Of a DNA stretch of 64,000 nt, positions 38,798 to 48,608 are shown one piece after another. The translations under genes and the position numbers were made by a program. Position 1 is the first letter of the stretch; every line of letters begins with the position of its first letter. The stretch comes from Acetomicrobium hydrogeniformans (GTDB lineage: Bacteria > Synergistota > Synergistia > Synergistales > JAFGMB01), in assembly GCA_016841745.1 (NCBI GenBank), contig JAENYO010000002.1, forward strand, positions 422,729 to 486,728, in the 5' to 3' direction. The notes under the pieces were generated by a model. The model was not told the origin of the DNA. It saw nothing but the letters and a program-made list of their open reading frames with translations, and made no database searches.

Positions 38798-39592
38798 TCA
38801 GTTGGAGTTTGTTAGATTTTCTCTGATCATCTTTTCAGCAAGGGGAAGGGCGAATTCCCGTAAAAACCTGACTATTGCATCTTCCGAATAGAGAACGATC
38901 CCATCCCTGCCGACATAATTTTTGCTCAGAACACATTCCAGCTGTTCAGATCCTTCTTCCCATATGTTTCCCAGTATTTTTATCACTTGATCTCCGGAAT
39001 CCACATTACGAAGGGGAAGAAGCAGTTCCACATCAAACTTTTCAGCAACTTCAATATATGCATCAAGGGCAATGCCGAGTTGATTGATCTTGATCCTTCC
39101 ATCGTGGCTCTCTCTTTCTCCTGCTATTATGGTACTGCAATTCAGGATTTTTGCCAGAGGTATCCTGATGCCATGGAAATAAAGATGACATCCGATACAG
39201 GGTGTGTAGAAACCGAAGTCCTTGACAAGGGAGTAATTATGTCGTCCGCATAGCTGCCACCAGATATTGGGTGATCCCAGAAAGACCGGGTCAAAGATAC
39301 GAATATTCTTCATGGCTGGTGCTTCACGAAGAAGTTCTATGGCTCTAAAGGGGGTATCCCAGCTGCCATATTCGGTTCCAGTGTAGGCTATGGTGGGAAG
39401 AATATCCTCAAAGTCCAGAGCCCCTGCAGCTTCAAGTACTGCCGCTACGCTGTCCCTGCCAGCTATTTCTGCAATAGCTATACGGTTACTTTTAAGGCAT
39501 TGTTCAATGGTTTCTGGAGGTAACATCCATTCCGGAAAAGAATTTATCATTTCAGGTTTGCCAGCAAGAATATTCAGGAGTTCTGTCCTCAT
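38798..39592 (-). CDS. Hypothetical protein, adenine-nucleotide alpha-hydrolase (PP-loop)-like
   Basis: AIAEIAGRDS (PP-loop-like), PCIGCH, IIAGER; starts 1 bp after the apgM-like stop. Confidence 0.55.
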   Translation of the reverse strand: MRTELLNILAGKPEMINSFPEWMLPPETIEQCLKSNRIAIAEIAGRDSVAAVLEAAGALDFEDILPTIAYTGTEYGSWDTPFRAIELLREAPAMKNIRIFDPVFLGSPNIWWQLCGRHNYSLVKDFGFYTPCIGCHLYFHGIRIPLAKILNCSTIIAGERESHDGRIKINQLGIALDAYIEVAEKFDVELLLPLRNVDSGDQVIKILGNIWEEGSEQLECVLSKNYVGRDGIVLYSEDAIVRFLREFALPLAEKMIRENLTNSN

Positions 39593-39593
39593 A

Positions 39594-40895
39594 TTAATGC
39601 CTCCTCAGCGGAGTATATCTTCCTGGAGAGTAGGGCTGGTCTGAAGAACTGTCCATAAGACCTGCGAGTTTACCTCGGTCCATGAGATTAAGGATCATAT
39701 ACATTATTTCCTTTCCTCTGAGTTGTCCGAGGCAGCCTCTGGAACAGGAAACTTCGTCAAAGGCTGATACACTGTCTTTTCGAGTATATTTTCCTTTCAT
39801 TACTATGGGAACTGTTTCCCCTGAATGGATCATGGTCCCGACACTTGCTGTTGAATGGTCTGAAGTGACAATAAAAAGAATTTTCTCATCGGGGATTATT
39901 TCTTCTAAAACAAACTTAAATGCTTTATCAAGATCCGCTATTGTTCTCTGTTTCAATAAGGGGTCTCTTTTATGAGCGGCTTCATCCGGAGCCTTGGAAT
40001 GCACATAGATAAAATCATGATCTTCAGATCTTTTAGCCAGCTTGAGCCTTTCAAGGAGATCCTCACAAGCGTTTCCAGTATCCTTTGCTTTTATTATCTT
40101 CATTCCAAGTATGGAACATAAGCCATGATAAATAGCGCCTGAAGCTATACAAAGAGGCCTGAGACCCCATTTTTCTTCAAAGGGAACGATCTGTCCCAGC
40201 TTTCCAGGTCTTTGCAGACCCACTATATTAACAGCAGAGAGACCTTTTTCCTGTCTTGAAATATTAACAGGGTGTCTGGAAAGGGTATCAAAACTCCACA
40301 AGGTATAAGAATTAACTGCGTCAGCTGTTTTTTGTGCAAGTTCCTTGTTGGCAGCATCTTCCCGGGGAAGTACTTTCATAATAGGTCTTTCCTCGAAGAT
40401 GGGATTGGAATCGGTTATCTCATGGGAAGCTCTACCCTTAAGCAGGAGTATTCCTCCTATCCCGACTGTGGGATGAAAAGAAAAGTCTATGCCATTTAAA
40501 GAATAGCGGGAGATACTTTCCTGGAGGAGAAGACATTCTTCCCGGTCAAGTTCCATTTTCTCCTTATGAAGAATGAAGGAATCATTCTCTTCTCTGACTG
40601 AAAAGGTTCGTGCAAGTATGGCGACGTCGCCCTTATCCAGAGGAAGGCCTTCTCCTACAGCTTCAATTACCCCTCTCCCCGGGAATTGGTTCATATCATA
40701 ACCGAAGATGCTGAAGTGAGCCATTTCACTGGGCATGGCTATTCCCTGCAAGGTGCTGTGATACATGCCATTAGCACCAGAGGCGCTAATGGCATCCAGA
40801 TGGGGGGTATGGGCCGCCTGGAGAGGGGTAAGTCCATTCAGTTCTTCTATTCCTTTGTCGCCGAGTCCGTCCAGTACAAGTAATATACATCTCAT
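39594..40895 (-). CDS. Cofactor-independent phosphoglycerate mutase-like (ApgM family; alkaline phosphatase superfamily)
   Basis: LDGLGD, TPLQAA.TP, SE.AH...FGY, GRG..EA.G, K.PDEA.H, TSDHST, HSGE.VP. Confidence 0.85.
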   Translation of the reverse strand: MRCILLVLDGLGDKGIEELNGLTPLQAAHTPHLDAISASGANGMYHSTLQGIAMPSEMAHFSIFGYDMNQFPGRGVIEAVGEGLPLDKGDVAILARTFSVREENDSFILHKEKMELDREECLLLQESISRYSLNGIDFSFHPTVGIGGILLLKGRASHEITDSNPIFEERPIMKVLPREDAANKELAQKTADAVNSYTLWSFDTLSRHPVNISRQEKGLSAVNIVGLQRPGKLGQIVPFEEKWGLRPLCIASGAIYHGLCSILGMKIIKAKDTGNACEDLLERLKLAKRSEDHDFIYVHSKAPDEAAHKRDPLLKQRTIADLDKAFKFVLEEIIPDEKILFIVTSDHSTASVGTMIHSGETVPIVMKGKYTRKDSVSAFDEVSCSRGCLGQLRGKEIMYMILNLMDRGKLAGLMDSSSDQPYSPGRYTPLRRH

Positions 40896-40987
40896 AACAG
40901 GATTGTATGATAATATTTCCCCTTTTTAAAGGGGGTTAGTTTGATATGGAAAACTGGAGGAGAATTACAGTTGGAGGTTCAGTCTAT

Positions 40988-41671
40988 TTAAACCTGTGGC
41001 TGGAGATCCATAGTCCAGCATGGAGTTGCTGATCGAAGATAAACAGGGTTGACAGGTACATGTGTAAATCCGGTTCCGTGACGGGCAACAGGAGATGTCT
41101 TGCCTGCTTTTATAGATCGGATGAAATCATTAACGGAAGTTATTTCATCCATGAAGAAAGTGGCATATCGACCGACTTCTTCAATAGTGTGAGCGTCACT
41201 GCCGCCAAGAGAGGGGAGGTCCAGTTCTGCAGCAAGAGAACATGCCATACTGTTATGGATCGATCTGGTTCTGCCGTTCATTACCTCAACGGCAGATAAT
41301 CCTGGAGTATTGATTATGTTGTTTCCCATTCCACGGCCGTTATCCCTGAAGGGATGAGCGCTTACTGTAACTCCTCCCTGTTCTGAAGCTATACGGATGA
41401 GTTCCTTTGCTTTCACGTTACGAAAGGGGATATCACTGGCACCGAAAACAATAATGTCACCAAGGTCTGTTAAAATCTCCACGCCGGGAATAACCAGTAG
41501 TCCATATTGGCGGGTAAGATCATCAGCCATACCGAGTATTCCCATAGACTCATGGTCTGTTATGCATATTCCGCCAAGACCTGTCTCTTTGGCCTTTAAA
41601 GCTGCTATTTCGGCAGGTAGGGAACTGTCCCTGGAGAATTCGGATGTATGAATATGAGTATCTATTATCAT
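40988..41671 (-). CDS. PHP domain phosphoesterase
   Basis: DTHIHT, ITDHE, PG.E, AHPFR, GGSDAH. Confidence 0.88.
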   Translation of the reverse strand: MIIDTHIHTSEFSRDSSLPAEIAALKAKETGLGGICITDHESMGILGMADDLTRQYGLLVIPGVEILTDLGDIIVFGASDIPFRNVKAKELIRIASEQGGVTVSAHPFRDNGRGMGNNIINTPGLSAVEVMNGRTRSIHNSMACSLAAELDLPSLGGSDAHTIEEVGRYATFFMDEITSVNDFIRSIKAGKTSPVARHGTGFTHVPVNPVYLRSATPCWTMDLQPQV

Positions 41672-41830
41672 TAAGTAATTTCTCCGTATAGTTATAAATC
41701 GTATAACTGTACGGAATTATACTTTAGCTTAAGGGAAAGTGCAAATAACCCCTTAGGCGGAGATCAGTACCATGAAATCTTTTATGTTACTGATAATGTA
41801 ATTACAGGTATTTTCATTGACTGTAAATTG

Positions 41831-41859
41831 TTGACTTGGTTTGTTGAAAGGATTATTAT
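41831..41859 (+). promoter_or_regulatory. sigma70-type promoter of the yerC-like gene
   Basis: TTGACT-17 bp-TATTAT. Confidence 0.5.
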
Positions 41860-41921
41860 CTATAACAATACAATAGAGAAGATACGCTATTGTAGCACGA
41901 TAAACAAGGGGGAGACTGTAT

Positions 41922-42209
41922 ATGGCACTGAAATGGAAGGACGATCTCACTGAGCAACTTGTTAAGGCGATTCTAAAACTTGAAAATGTGGATGAAGTTT
42001 ATTCTTTTCTTGAAGATGTAGCTACAATAGGGGAAATCAGGGCACTTGCCCAGAGACTGGAAGTAGCCCGTCTTCTTGATGAAGGATATACCTATCCTCA
42101 GATAGCTCAGCAGACTGGTGCCAGCACTGCCACCATAAGCAGAGTTAAGAAGTTCCTTGAATACGGGGCAGACGGTTACAGGATTGTTCTCGAAAGACTC
42201 AAGAAATAA
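41922..42209 (+). CDS. YerC/YecD TrpR-related DNA-binding protein
   Basis: FLED..T..E...LAQRLEVA, TGASTATISRV...L.YG.DGY. Confidence 0.92.
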   Translation: MALKWKDDLTEQLVKAILKLENVDEVYSFLEDVATIGEIRALAQRLEVARLLDEGYTYPQIAQQTGASTATISRVKKFLEYGADGYRIVLERLKK

Positions 42210-42246
42210 TTACCTTTGTTTAGAAAATCTGCGATATGTGAACTAC

Positions 42247-42280
42247 AAAGCGCCATCACGTTTTTAGTGATGGCGCTTTT
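42247..42280 (+). terminator. Rho-independent terminator
   Basis: aaagcgccatcac-7 nt-gtgatggcgctttt. Confidence 0.8.
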
Positions 42281-42798
42281 CAGTTCACGAGAAGATTATT
42301 ACGAACGAGCGGAAGGTAATCTATTCCAGGACCTGTTACGAAATAGAGCGGATAATTCAGGCACACTCAACGGGGTAATACTGGAATGAATGTATCCTTA
42401 CCATAGGAGCCCAGGTTTAAGGGAAAACAACCCTCGTGAGGTATCTGGAGAAGAGGTTGAAAAGTGTCAACAGGATATGTCCGAATGAGGTAAGAATGGA
42501 ACTTTAGTGCAGGGTCCATCCTGAACAGTGTTGCGACTATAAAAGCCTGAATGGATTTATGACAGCAAATGTTGGAAAACGTGTCAGAAAGATGGTCCTT
42601 GAAAGATTTAAGTCTACTGAGTGCCGATTCATCTATGTAGATCAGATGAATATTACTCCCTCTTCAAGAAAGTCCTATCTTTCAGGGCGTAATATCAACA
42701 TCGCTATAGTTTTAGAGCTTGAAGGAGATGAACTTCAGCAGAGACACATGGAGTGGCCAGATAAGGCAGAGGCTATACCGGAGGAGGGGAGTCCGAAA

Positions 42799-43650
42799 TT
42801 GTCATACTTTTCCGGGAATAATATCAGGATGATAAAGGCCATATTGCACACACTGATCGCGATCTGTTCGATCTACGTTGGGATAGTGCTCCTGGCATCT
42901 CTGTTCCAGGGGTGGTTAATTTTTCAACCCCGGAAAAGATTGCACGGGGATCCGGCAGTTATTGGGCTGCCATACATGGATATATGGCTCAGATCTTCAG
43001 ATGATGTAAGGATCCATGGTTGGTATATTCCCTCCGGCAGGCAGGGAAAGACTCTCCTTTTTTTCCATGGAAATGCAGGGAATATTTCCCACAGGCTGGA
43101 TTCTCTCGCCATATTTCATGACTTTGGCCTGAATATCCTTATTGTCGATTATCAAGGTTATGGCAACAGTGAAGGGAAACCTTCCGAAAAAGCTCTTTAT
43201 CTAGATGGAAATGCAGCATGGAACTATTTAACTGGAGATCTGAATATCCCATCCGGGGATATAATAGTGTTTGGAAGATCCCTTGGTGGAGCTGTTGCAA
43301 TGGAGTTGGCATACCGGTATTCGCCCGGAGGTATTATCCTGGAATCCAGCTTTTCTGACATGGCTGAAGTGGCTGCGGAACATTTTCCTTTTCTGCCCGT
43401 AAGATGGCTTTTGAGGCACCGATTTGATCTTTCAGAAAAAATAAAATGGATAGGGTGCCCTTCCCTTGTCATCCACAGCCCTAATGACGAGATCATTCCT
43501 TTCAGATTTGGGGAGAGGCTTTTTACTGATTTGCCGGAGCCGAAGATCTTTATTGAAATTGAAGGAGACCATAATACGGGTTTCCTGCTTTCAATTGGAA
43601 AGTACAGGCAAGGTCTATGGGAATTTATCAGGCATCTTGAACAGAACTGA
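42799..43650 (+). CDS. Alpha/beta hydrolase (ABHD13/Bem46-like), membrane-anchored
   Basis: N-terminal TM, FHGNAGN, GRSLGG, HSP.DE, G.HN; TTG 42799 behind gaggagggg. Confidence 0.88.
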   Translation: MSYFSGNNIRMIKAILHTLIAICSIYVGIVLLASLFQGWLIFQPRKRLHGDPAVIGLPYMDIWLRSSDDVRIHGWYIPSGRQGKTLLFFHGNAGNISHRLDSLAIFHDFGLNILIVDYQGYGNSEGKPSEKALYLDGNAAWNYLTGDLNIPSGDIIVFGRSLGGAVAMELAYRYSPGGIILESSFSDMAEVAAEHFPFLPVRWLLRHRFDLSEKIKWIGCPSLVIHSPNDEIIPFRFGERLFTDLPEPKIFIEIEGDHNTGFLLSIGKYRQGLWEFIRHLEQN

Positions 43651-43695
43651 AGTGTAAGTGGAATTGGAAGGTTTTTTATCTCTGGAGGTGGTGTA

Positions 43696-44406
43696 ATGAA
43701 ATCTCTTACAAGGGAAATTAGTCTTGTTATTGCTATTGTCATTCTTGGAGGTACCTTCATGGGTATAGCCTCTTCATCAGGACTTTCTGTACCCCCGGAT
43801 CCTCTAGTGAAAATTATAGAACTGCCAGAGCCGATATATAAGGGTGGGGTTTCGGTCGAGGAAGCTTTGAGCAAAAGGAGATCGGTAAGAACCTACAGCA
43901 GTACCCCCCTTTCTCTTGAAGAGATAACACAGCTTTTATGGTCGGCCCAGGGAATATCCCATAGTAATGGAAGGAAGAGAACTGCACCTTCTGCCGGTGC
44001 CAGCTATCCTCTGGAAGTTTATCTTGCGGTATCAAGGGTTGATGGTATAGGAAGAGGAATCTACCGCTATATTCCCCAGGTTCATTCTCTTGTCCCATGG
44101 GGAGGTGCCGTTACGGCGAGGTTCCTGAAGGAAGAGGTTTCGCCCCAGGGGGCAGTCAAAAGTGCTCCGGCAGTACTTATCCTTTCTGCCCACTATGACA
44201 GGGTCACTGAAAAATATGGTCAGCGAGGCGAAAGATACGCCCATATGGAGGCAGGACATGCTGCTCAGAATGTTTATCTACAGGCTTATTCTCTTGGTAT
44301 TGGTACAGTAGCTATAGGAGCTTTCAATGATGAAAAACTGAGGGAAATTCTCAATCTCGAAGAGGAGGAAGTTCCACTGTACCTTATGCCGGTTGGTAGA
44401 AGATAG
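43696..44406 (+). CDS. SagB/ThcOx-type nitroreductase
   Basis: RRSVR.Y, QLLW.AQG, RTAPSAGA.YPLE, EAGH.AQN. Confidence 0.9.
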   Translation: MKSLTREISLVIAIVILGGTFMGIASSSGLSVPPDPLVKIIELPEPIYKGGVSVEEALSKRRSVRTYSSTPLSLEEITQLLWSAQGISHSNGRKRTAPSAGASYPLEVYLAVSRVDGIGRGIYRYIPQVHSLVPWGGAVTARFLKEEVSPQGAVKSAPAVLILSAHYDRVTEKYGQRGERYAHMEAGHAAQNVYLQAYSLGIGTVAIGAFNDEKLREILNLEEEEVPLYLMPVGRR

Positions 44407-44534
44407 AGTGAAAAATACCCATCTGTTGGAAACTGGTCTCTTATTATTTCAAGAAGAGGTAATATAAAAGATATTGTCTATTCCCGTCCTTGTTTCTACA
44501 GGAAACCGATGTTAATATTCTGTTGGACTATCAT

Positions 44535-44635
44535 AAGGCATCCGAGCCCGAAGGCCTAAGGGTTTACCTATGGCTAAGGGACGCCGGGTACTGGCGGAAA
44601 CGGCAGTGCCTCCCGTGATTGGAAAGGATTCCCTT
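44535..44635 (+). ncRNA. Moco RNA motif riboswitch, short (Wco/Tuco-like) form
   Basis: tccgag...cctaag...tatgg...ggaaac...gcctcccg...tggaaagga conserved blocks upstream of tupA. Confidence 0.75.
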
Positions 44636-44726
44636 GTTCCACCTCCCAGAATCAGGAATATTTCCATGAACTAAAGGTTCGCATTATGACTTCCAAAACT
44701 ATTTATTCCTATTGGAGGTTTGAAGT

Positions 44727-45560
44727 ATGCGCAAATCCTTTGTAAGGTCTTTGTTCCTTCTTGTTATTGTTTTCTTTCTGGCTGTATCGTTTTCTGCCTT
44801 TGCCTCCCATCCGGTTTTGAGGATGGCAACAACTACCAGTACCGATAATACGGGTCTTCTTGACGTTCTTGCACCTCGGTTCATGAACGATACCGGGATC
44901 GAGATTCAGTGGATCGCAGTGGGAACAGGGAAAGCTCTTGAACTTGGAAAAAACTGCGATGTTGATGTTCTTATGGTCCATGCTCCAGATTCCGAGAAGA
45001 AATATGTTTCTGACGGTTACGGTGTTAATAGAAGAGAGATTATGTTCAATGATTTCGTAATAATAGGTCCTGCCTCAGATCCTGGAGCAGTAAAGGGACT
45101 GGATATTAAGTCAGGATTCAGCAAGATGGCGAATAAAAAGGCTCTTTTTGCCAGCCGTGGGGATAACTCGGGAACCCATAAAAAAGAATTATCCCTCTGG
45201 GAAGGTGCAGATATGGAAGTACCAGACAGGGAAGAATGGTATATTCAGACAGGACAGGGAATGCTTAACACCATAAACATAGCTGCAGAGAGGGGAGCCT
45301 ACACTATGACCGACAGGGGTACTTTCATCAAGTATGAGGCTAATCACAAAGGTAATCCTCCCCTTGTTATCCTCATGGAAGGTGATCCGAATCTTAGAAA
45401 CCAGTATAGTGTAATGGCTGTTAATCCAACGAGGAGTGATAGTCTGAAATATGACCTTGCTCTGAAATTTATCCATTGGATCACTTCGCCCCAGGTCCAG
45501 CAACAGATAGCTGATTTCAGACTCATGGACAAACAACTTTTTGTACCAAATGCAAAATGA
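44727..45560 (+). CDS. tupA: Tungstate ABC transporter substrate-binding protein
   Basis: ATTTST.NTGLL signature, GTGKAL, VHAP, SRGDNSGTH. Confidence 0.93.
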   Translation: MRKSFVRSLFLLVIVFFLAVSFSAFASHPVLRMATTTSTDNTGLLDVLAPRFMNDTGIEIQWIAVGTGKALELGKNCDVDVLMVHAPDSEKKYVSDGYGVNRREIMFNDFVIIGPASDPGAVKGLDIKSGFSKMANKKALFASRGDNSGTHKKELSLWEGADMEVPDREEWYIQTGQGMLNTINIAAERGAYTMTDRGTFIKYEANHKGNPPLVILMEGDPNLRNQYSVMAVNPTRSDSLKYDLALKFIHWITSPQVQQQIADFRLMDKQLFVPNAK

Positions 45561-45649
45561 TCCGGCGAACCTGATGACGTAAAGTATTCTTAAAGGAGCA
45601 CAGTCTGGAAATGACGGGTGCTCCTTTCTTTCTTTTTTTGAGGTGTAAT

Positions 45650-46345
45650 ATGGATTATATGTCTCATGCTTTCTCTACTGCCTTCAAGCTTCTTGTAATG
45701 GGCAATGAGGAAACCTATTCAGCCATTTTTGTTACGTTGAAGGTTTCGTCCCTGTCCATGTTTTTTACACTTCTGTCGGGTGTGCCCCTTGGTTTTGTCC
45801 TTGGAAGCAAAGATTTTCCCGGAAAACGGATAATCAGAACAATTGTGGATACCTTTCTCGCAATTCCTACAGTAGTGGTAGGCCTTATGGTATATGCTTT
45901 CATTTCCAGAAAAGGGCCCTTGGGCAGCATGGGATTGCTTTTTTCCCTTAAAGGAATAGCCATAGGTCAGTTCATTCTTGCCATGCCTATTGTTATATCC
46001 CTTACAGCGACAGCTGTGGAGAGCCTGGAGGAAAAATTGACCCAGACCCTTATGACCCTTGGTGCACGTCGAAAAGATCTGGTGGCAGGGATCATATGGG
46101 AGGCCCGTTTTGCCGTAATATCTGCTGCCATTACGGCATATGGGAGAGTGATATCCGAAGTTGGGGTATCAATGATGCTTGGTGGCAATATCAAATGGCA
46201 TACCCGTACGATCACTACCGCCATTGCCCTTGAAACAGGAAAAGGAGAATTTGCACTTGGACTGGCCCTTGGAATAGTGCTTCTAGCTATTTCCTTTGCT
46301 GTAAATATTATTGCATCCATTATGAGAAGGAGATCCCTTTTATGA
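45650..46345 (+). CDS. tupB: Tungstate ABC transporter permease
   Basis: P.VVVGL, GPLG, YGR.ISEVG...GGNI...TRTITTAI; ATG behind gaggtg. Confidence 0.92.
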   Translation: MDYMSHAFSTAFKLLVMGNEETYSAIFVTLKVSSLSMFFTLLSGVPLGFVLGSKDFPGKRIIRTIVDTFLAIPTVVVGLMVYAFISRKGPLGSMGLLFSLKGIAIGQFILAMPIVISLTATAVESLEEKLTQTLMTLGARRKDLVAGIIWEARFAVISAAITAYGRVISEVGVSMMLGGNIKWHTRTITTAIALETGKGEFALGLALGIVLLAISFAVNIIASIMRRRSLL

Positions 46346-47004
46346 AAAAGATTCTGTATTCCCTCAAGGGTATCCGGCACTATTATTCTGGTAGAGAGGT
46401 GCTCCGCATAGGCCATGCTTTCCTTTACAAGGATGAGATAGTAGGTCTGACGGGACCTAACGGATGTGGCAAAAGCACTTTTTTGAGGATCCTGGCCTTC
46501 CTGGAAAATCCGACCTTCGGAGATATTAAATTCCTTGGAGATGCTGTTACTGATATGGAGATCCTGAGAAGAAGGGTGACTTTACTCCTTCAGAATGGAT
46601 GTTTACTGAAAAGATCGGTAATGGAAAATGTTACATATGGTCTGAAGATCCGTGGTGTTTCTGGTGAAGAAAGAGAGCGCAAGGGTAGAAAAGCTCTGGA
46701 AATGGTGGGCCTTCAACCTGAACAATTCCTTAAAAGAAGATGGTTTGAGCTTTCCGGGGGAGAGGCTCAGCGGGTATCTCTTGCAAGCAGGTTTGCATTA
46801 AGACCCGAAGTTCTTCTGCTGGATGAACCTACTTCAAGTGTAGATTCAGATAGTGCAGAGCTTATTAAACTGGCACTGGAAAGGGCAAGACATAATTGGG
46901 GTACTTCAATGGTAATAGTGAGCCATGATGATCGATGGCTGGAGAAAGTCTCAGACAGGATATTCAGTCTGGAAAAAGGAGGGCTTGTAGTTCGGATCCG
47001 GTAA
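46342..47004 (+). CDS. tupC: Tungstate ABC transporter ATPase
   Basis: GPNGCGKST, LSGGEAQRV, LDEPT; overlaps the tupB stop. Confidence 0.88.
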   Translation: MKKILYSLKGIRHYYSGREVLRIGHAFLYKDEIVGLTGPNGCGKSTFLRILAFLENPTFGDIKFLGDAVTDMEILRRRVTLLLQNGCLLKRSVMENVTYGLKIRGVSGEERERKGRKALEMVGLQPEQFLKRRWFELSGGEAQRVSLASRFALRPEVLLLDEPTSSVDSDSAELIKLALERARHNWGTSMVIVSHDDRWLEKVSDRIFSLEKGGLVVRIR

Positions 47005-47033
47005 AGTCTACTGCCCTCTCATGTAAAAAAGAG

Positions 47034-47058
47034 AGGGGACAGCAAAAGACTGTCCCCT
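47034..47058. terminator. Terminator between convergent genes
   Basis: aggggacag...ctgtcccct. Confidence 0.6.
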
Positions 47059-47095
47059 GGTGTATTGATCTCGATCTTCTATGGGATTGAATCAT

Positions 47096-47539
47096 TTATT
47101 CACAGATTCTGGGCTTGTGAACAAGGACATCACATGGAGCATACCTTACGACCTTTGCAGCCACACTGCCTATAAAAAACCTTTCAAGGTTGGTCATGCC
47201 TCTATGTCCTATGAGTATGATCTCGCATTGATCTTCCTCTGCTTTTTTCACTATTTCTCCAGGAGGACTTCCGGTCTTTATTGTCAGAAGATGGGGGAGA
47301 TGGGAGTCTGGAAATTTCTGCGTAGCTTCCTTGATCATCTTTAAAAGTCCCTCTTTGATCTTTTCAAAATCCGGAACTATCGAATATTCAACAGAACCTG
47401 GGATCGATTGATCCCTATACTCGATAACGTGTATAAAATCAAGTTTATTTAGGCCCATCCTTTGAGCATAACCGAAAGCAAAGGATATAAGGCAGCGACT
47501 GATCTGACTGTTGTCAATTGCGACAAGAGCCTTTCTCAT
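47096..47539 (-). CDS. Universal stress protein
   Basis: LVAID.S, G.P...I, GHRG....RFFIGSVA.KVVR.APC.VLV. Confidence 0.92.
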   Translation of the reverse strand: MRKALVAIDNSQISRCLISFAFGYAQRMGLNKLDFIHVIEYRDQSIPGSVEYSIVPDFEKIKEGLLKMIKEATQKFPDSHLPHLLTIKTGSPPGEIVKKAEEDQCEIILIGHRGMTNLERFFIGSVAAKVVRYAPCDVLVHKPRICE

Positions 47540-47606
47540 TAATATCTCTCCTCTCTCCTCTTCCAGGACCCGGAAAGCAGGGTTTAGAGCACAACTGGAA
47601 TAATGA

Positions 47607-48053
47607 TCACTTTTCTATTTCTTTGGGTCTGTGTACAAGCACATCGCAGGGTGCATGTCTTACGACCTTTGCAGCAACGCTTCCTATGAAAAATCGTTCA
47701 ATATTGCTTAATCCCCTGTGTCCGATCATGATAAGTTCGTACTTGTTCTTCTCGGCCATTTCAACTATCTCAGCGTAAGGAGTACCTCCTGCCAATACAA
47801 GTTCGTATGGAATTGAGGATATCCCCGAAGATGCCTGACCCTCTTTGATCATCTCTGATATTTCATTTTTCGTTTTATCTTCGTCAAGATGGGCCGAGTA
47901 ATCAACATAGCCAGGTACGGTCATGTCCTTATAGGTCATAACGTGAATGAAATCAAGATGATCCAGCCCTGTAGATTTAGCGTATTGAAAAGCGAAAGCA
48001 ATCAGAGCCTGACTGATGTCGCTCTGATCTATGGCTACCAAAGCTTTCCTCAT
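47607..48053 (-). CDS. Universal stress protein (tandem paralog)
   Basis: Same motifs as 47096-47539. Confidence 0.92.
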   Translation of the reverse strand: MRKALVAIDQSDISQALIAFAFQYAKSTGLDHLDFIHVMTYKDMTVPGYVDYSAHLDEDKTKNEISEMIKEGQASSGISSIPYELVLAGGTPYAEIVEMAEKNKYELIMIGHRGLSNIERFFIGSVAAKVVRHAPCDVLVHRPKEIEK

Positions 48054-48144
48054 ATTTCATCACTCCTTCTCCTATGTGATATGCTAATTATACACTGCAA
48101 AATAGACTATGGGAAATATGGAATACAAAATATTTCATCTTATC

Positions 48145-48178
48145 TTGACATGTTGAGGTATTCAGGTATCATAATACC
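48145..48178 (+). promoter_or_regulatory. Promoter and candidate Rrf2 operator
   Basis: TTGACA-16 bp-TATCAT, overlapped by palindrome GGTAT-cata-ATACC. Confidence 0.5.
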
Positions 48179-48194
48179 GAAAAGAGGTGGAGCT

Positions 48195-48608
48195 ATGAGT
48201 AGAGTTATTCATATATCTGACGCAGTTTCCATTGCATTGCACGGTATGGGACTTCTGGCTTCTTCGGGCAAAAGAATGAATGTCAGGGAAATAGCGAAAA
48301 GAATCAACGTTTCCGAGGCACATCTGGCCAAGGTATTCCAGAGAATAGTTAAATCCGGCCTGGTCTATTCTACCAGGGGGCCATCTGGAGGCTTTGAACT
48401 TACCAGGTCGCCCTCTGATATCAGCCTTTATGAGATATATGAAATTATTGAGGGAGCGCCGGATTCCAGATACTGTCTTTTAAAGGGTAATGAATGCCCC
48501 TTCAATTCATGCATATTCGGAGGAATGATAGAAAGTATGACCAGGGAGTTTATCGATTATCTCAAGAACAGAAATCTTGAAGAACTGATCAGGAGTGAAC
48601 CAGTATGA
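48195..48608 (+). CDS. Rrf2-family regulator with three Cys (NsrR/IscR-like Fe-S sensor)
   Basis: HLAKV.Q, S.RG..GGF.L, C..C...C cluster; ATG 48195 behind gaggtgg. Confidence 0.9.
   Translation: MSRVIHISDAVSIALHGMGLLASSGKRMNVREIAKRINVSEAHLAKVFQRIVKSGLVYSTRGPSGGFELTRSPSDISLYEIYEIIEGAPDSRYCLLKGNECPFNSCIFGGMIESMTREFIDYLKNRNLEELIRSEPV

Noticed and set aside
42285-42495. Possible T-box or other ncRNA after the yerC terminator
   Set aside because: No T-box consensus or other recognisable conserved RNA blocks found by eye.
42496-42798. ORF MEL*CRVHPEQCC... with an in-frame TAG, continuous with the hydrolase (possible pyrrolysine or N-terminal extension)
   Set aside because: No recognisable family and no pyl genes in the window; the hydrolase has its own strong RBS at 42781. 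More likely decayed sequence.
47889-48194. N-terminal extension of the Rrf2 ORF
   Set aside because: Overlaps the divergent USP gene and the promoter; the RBS supports ATG 48195.
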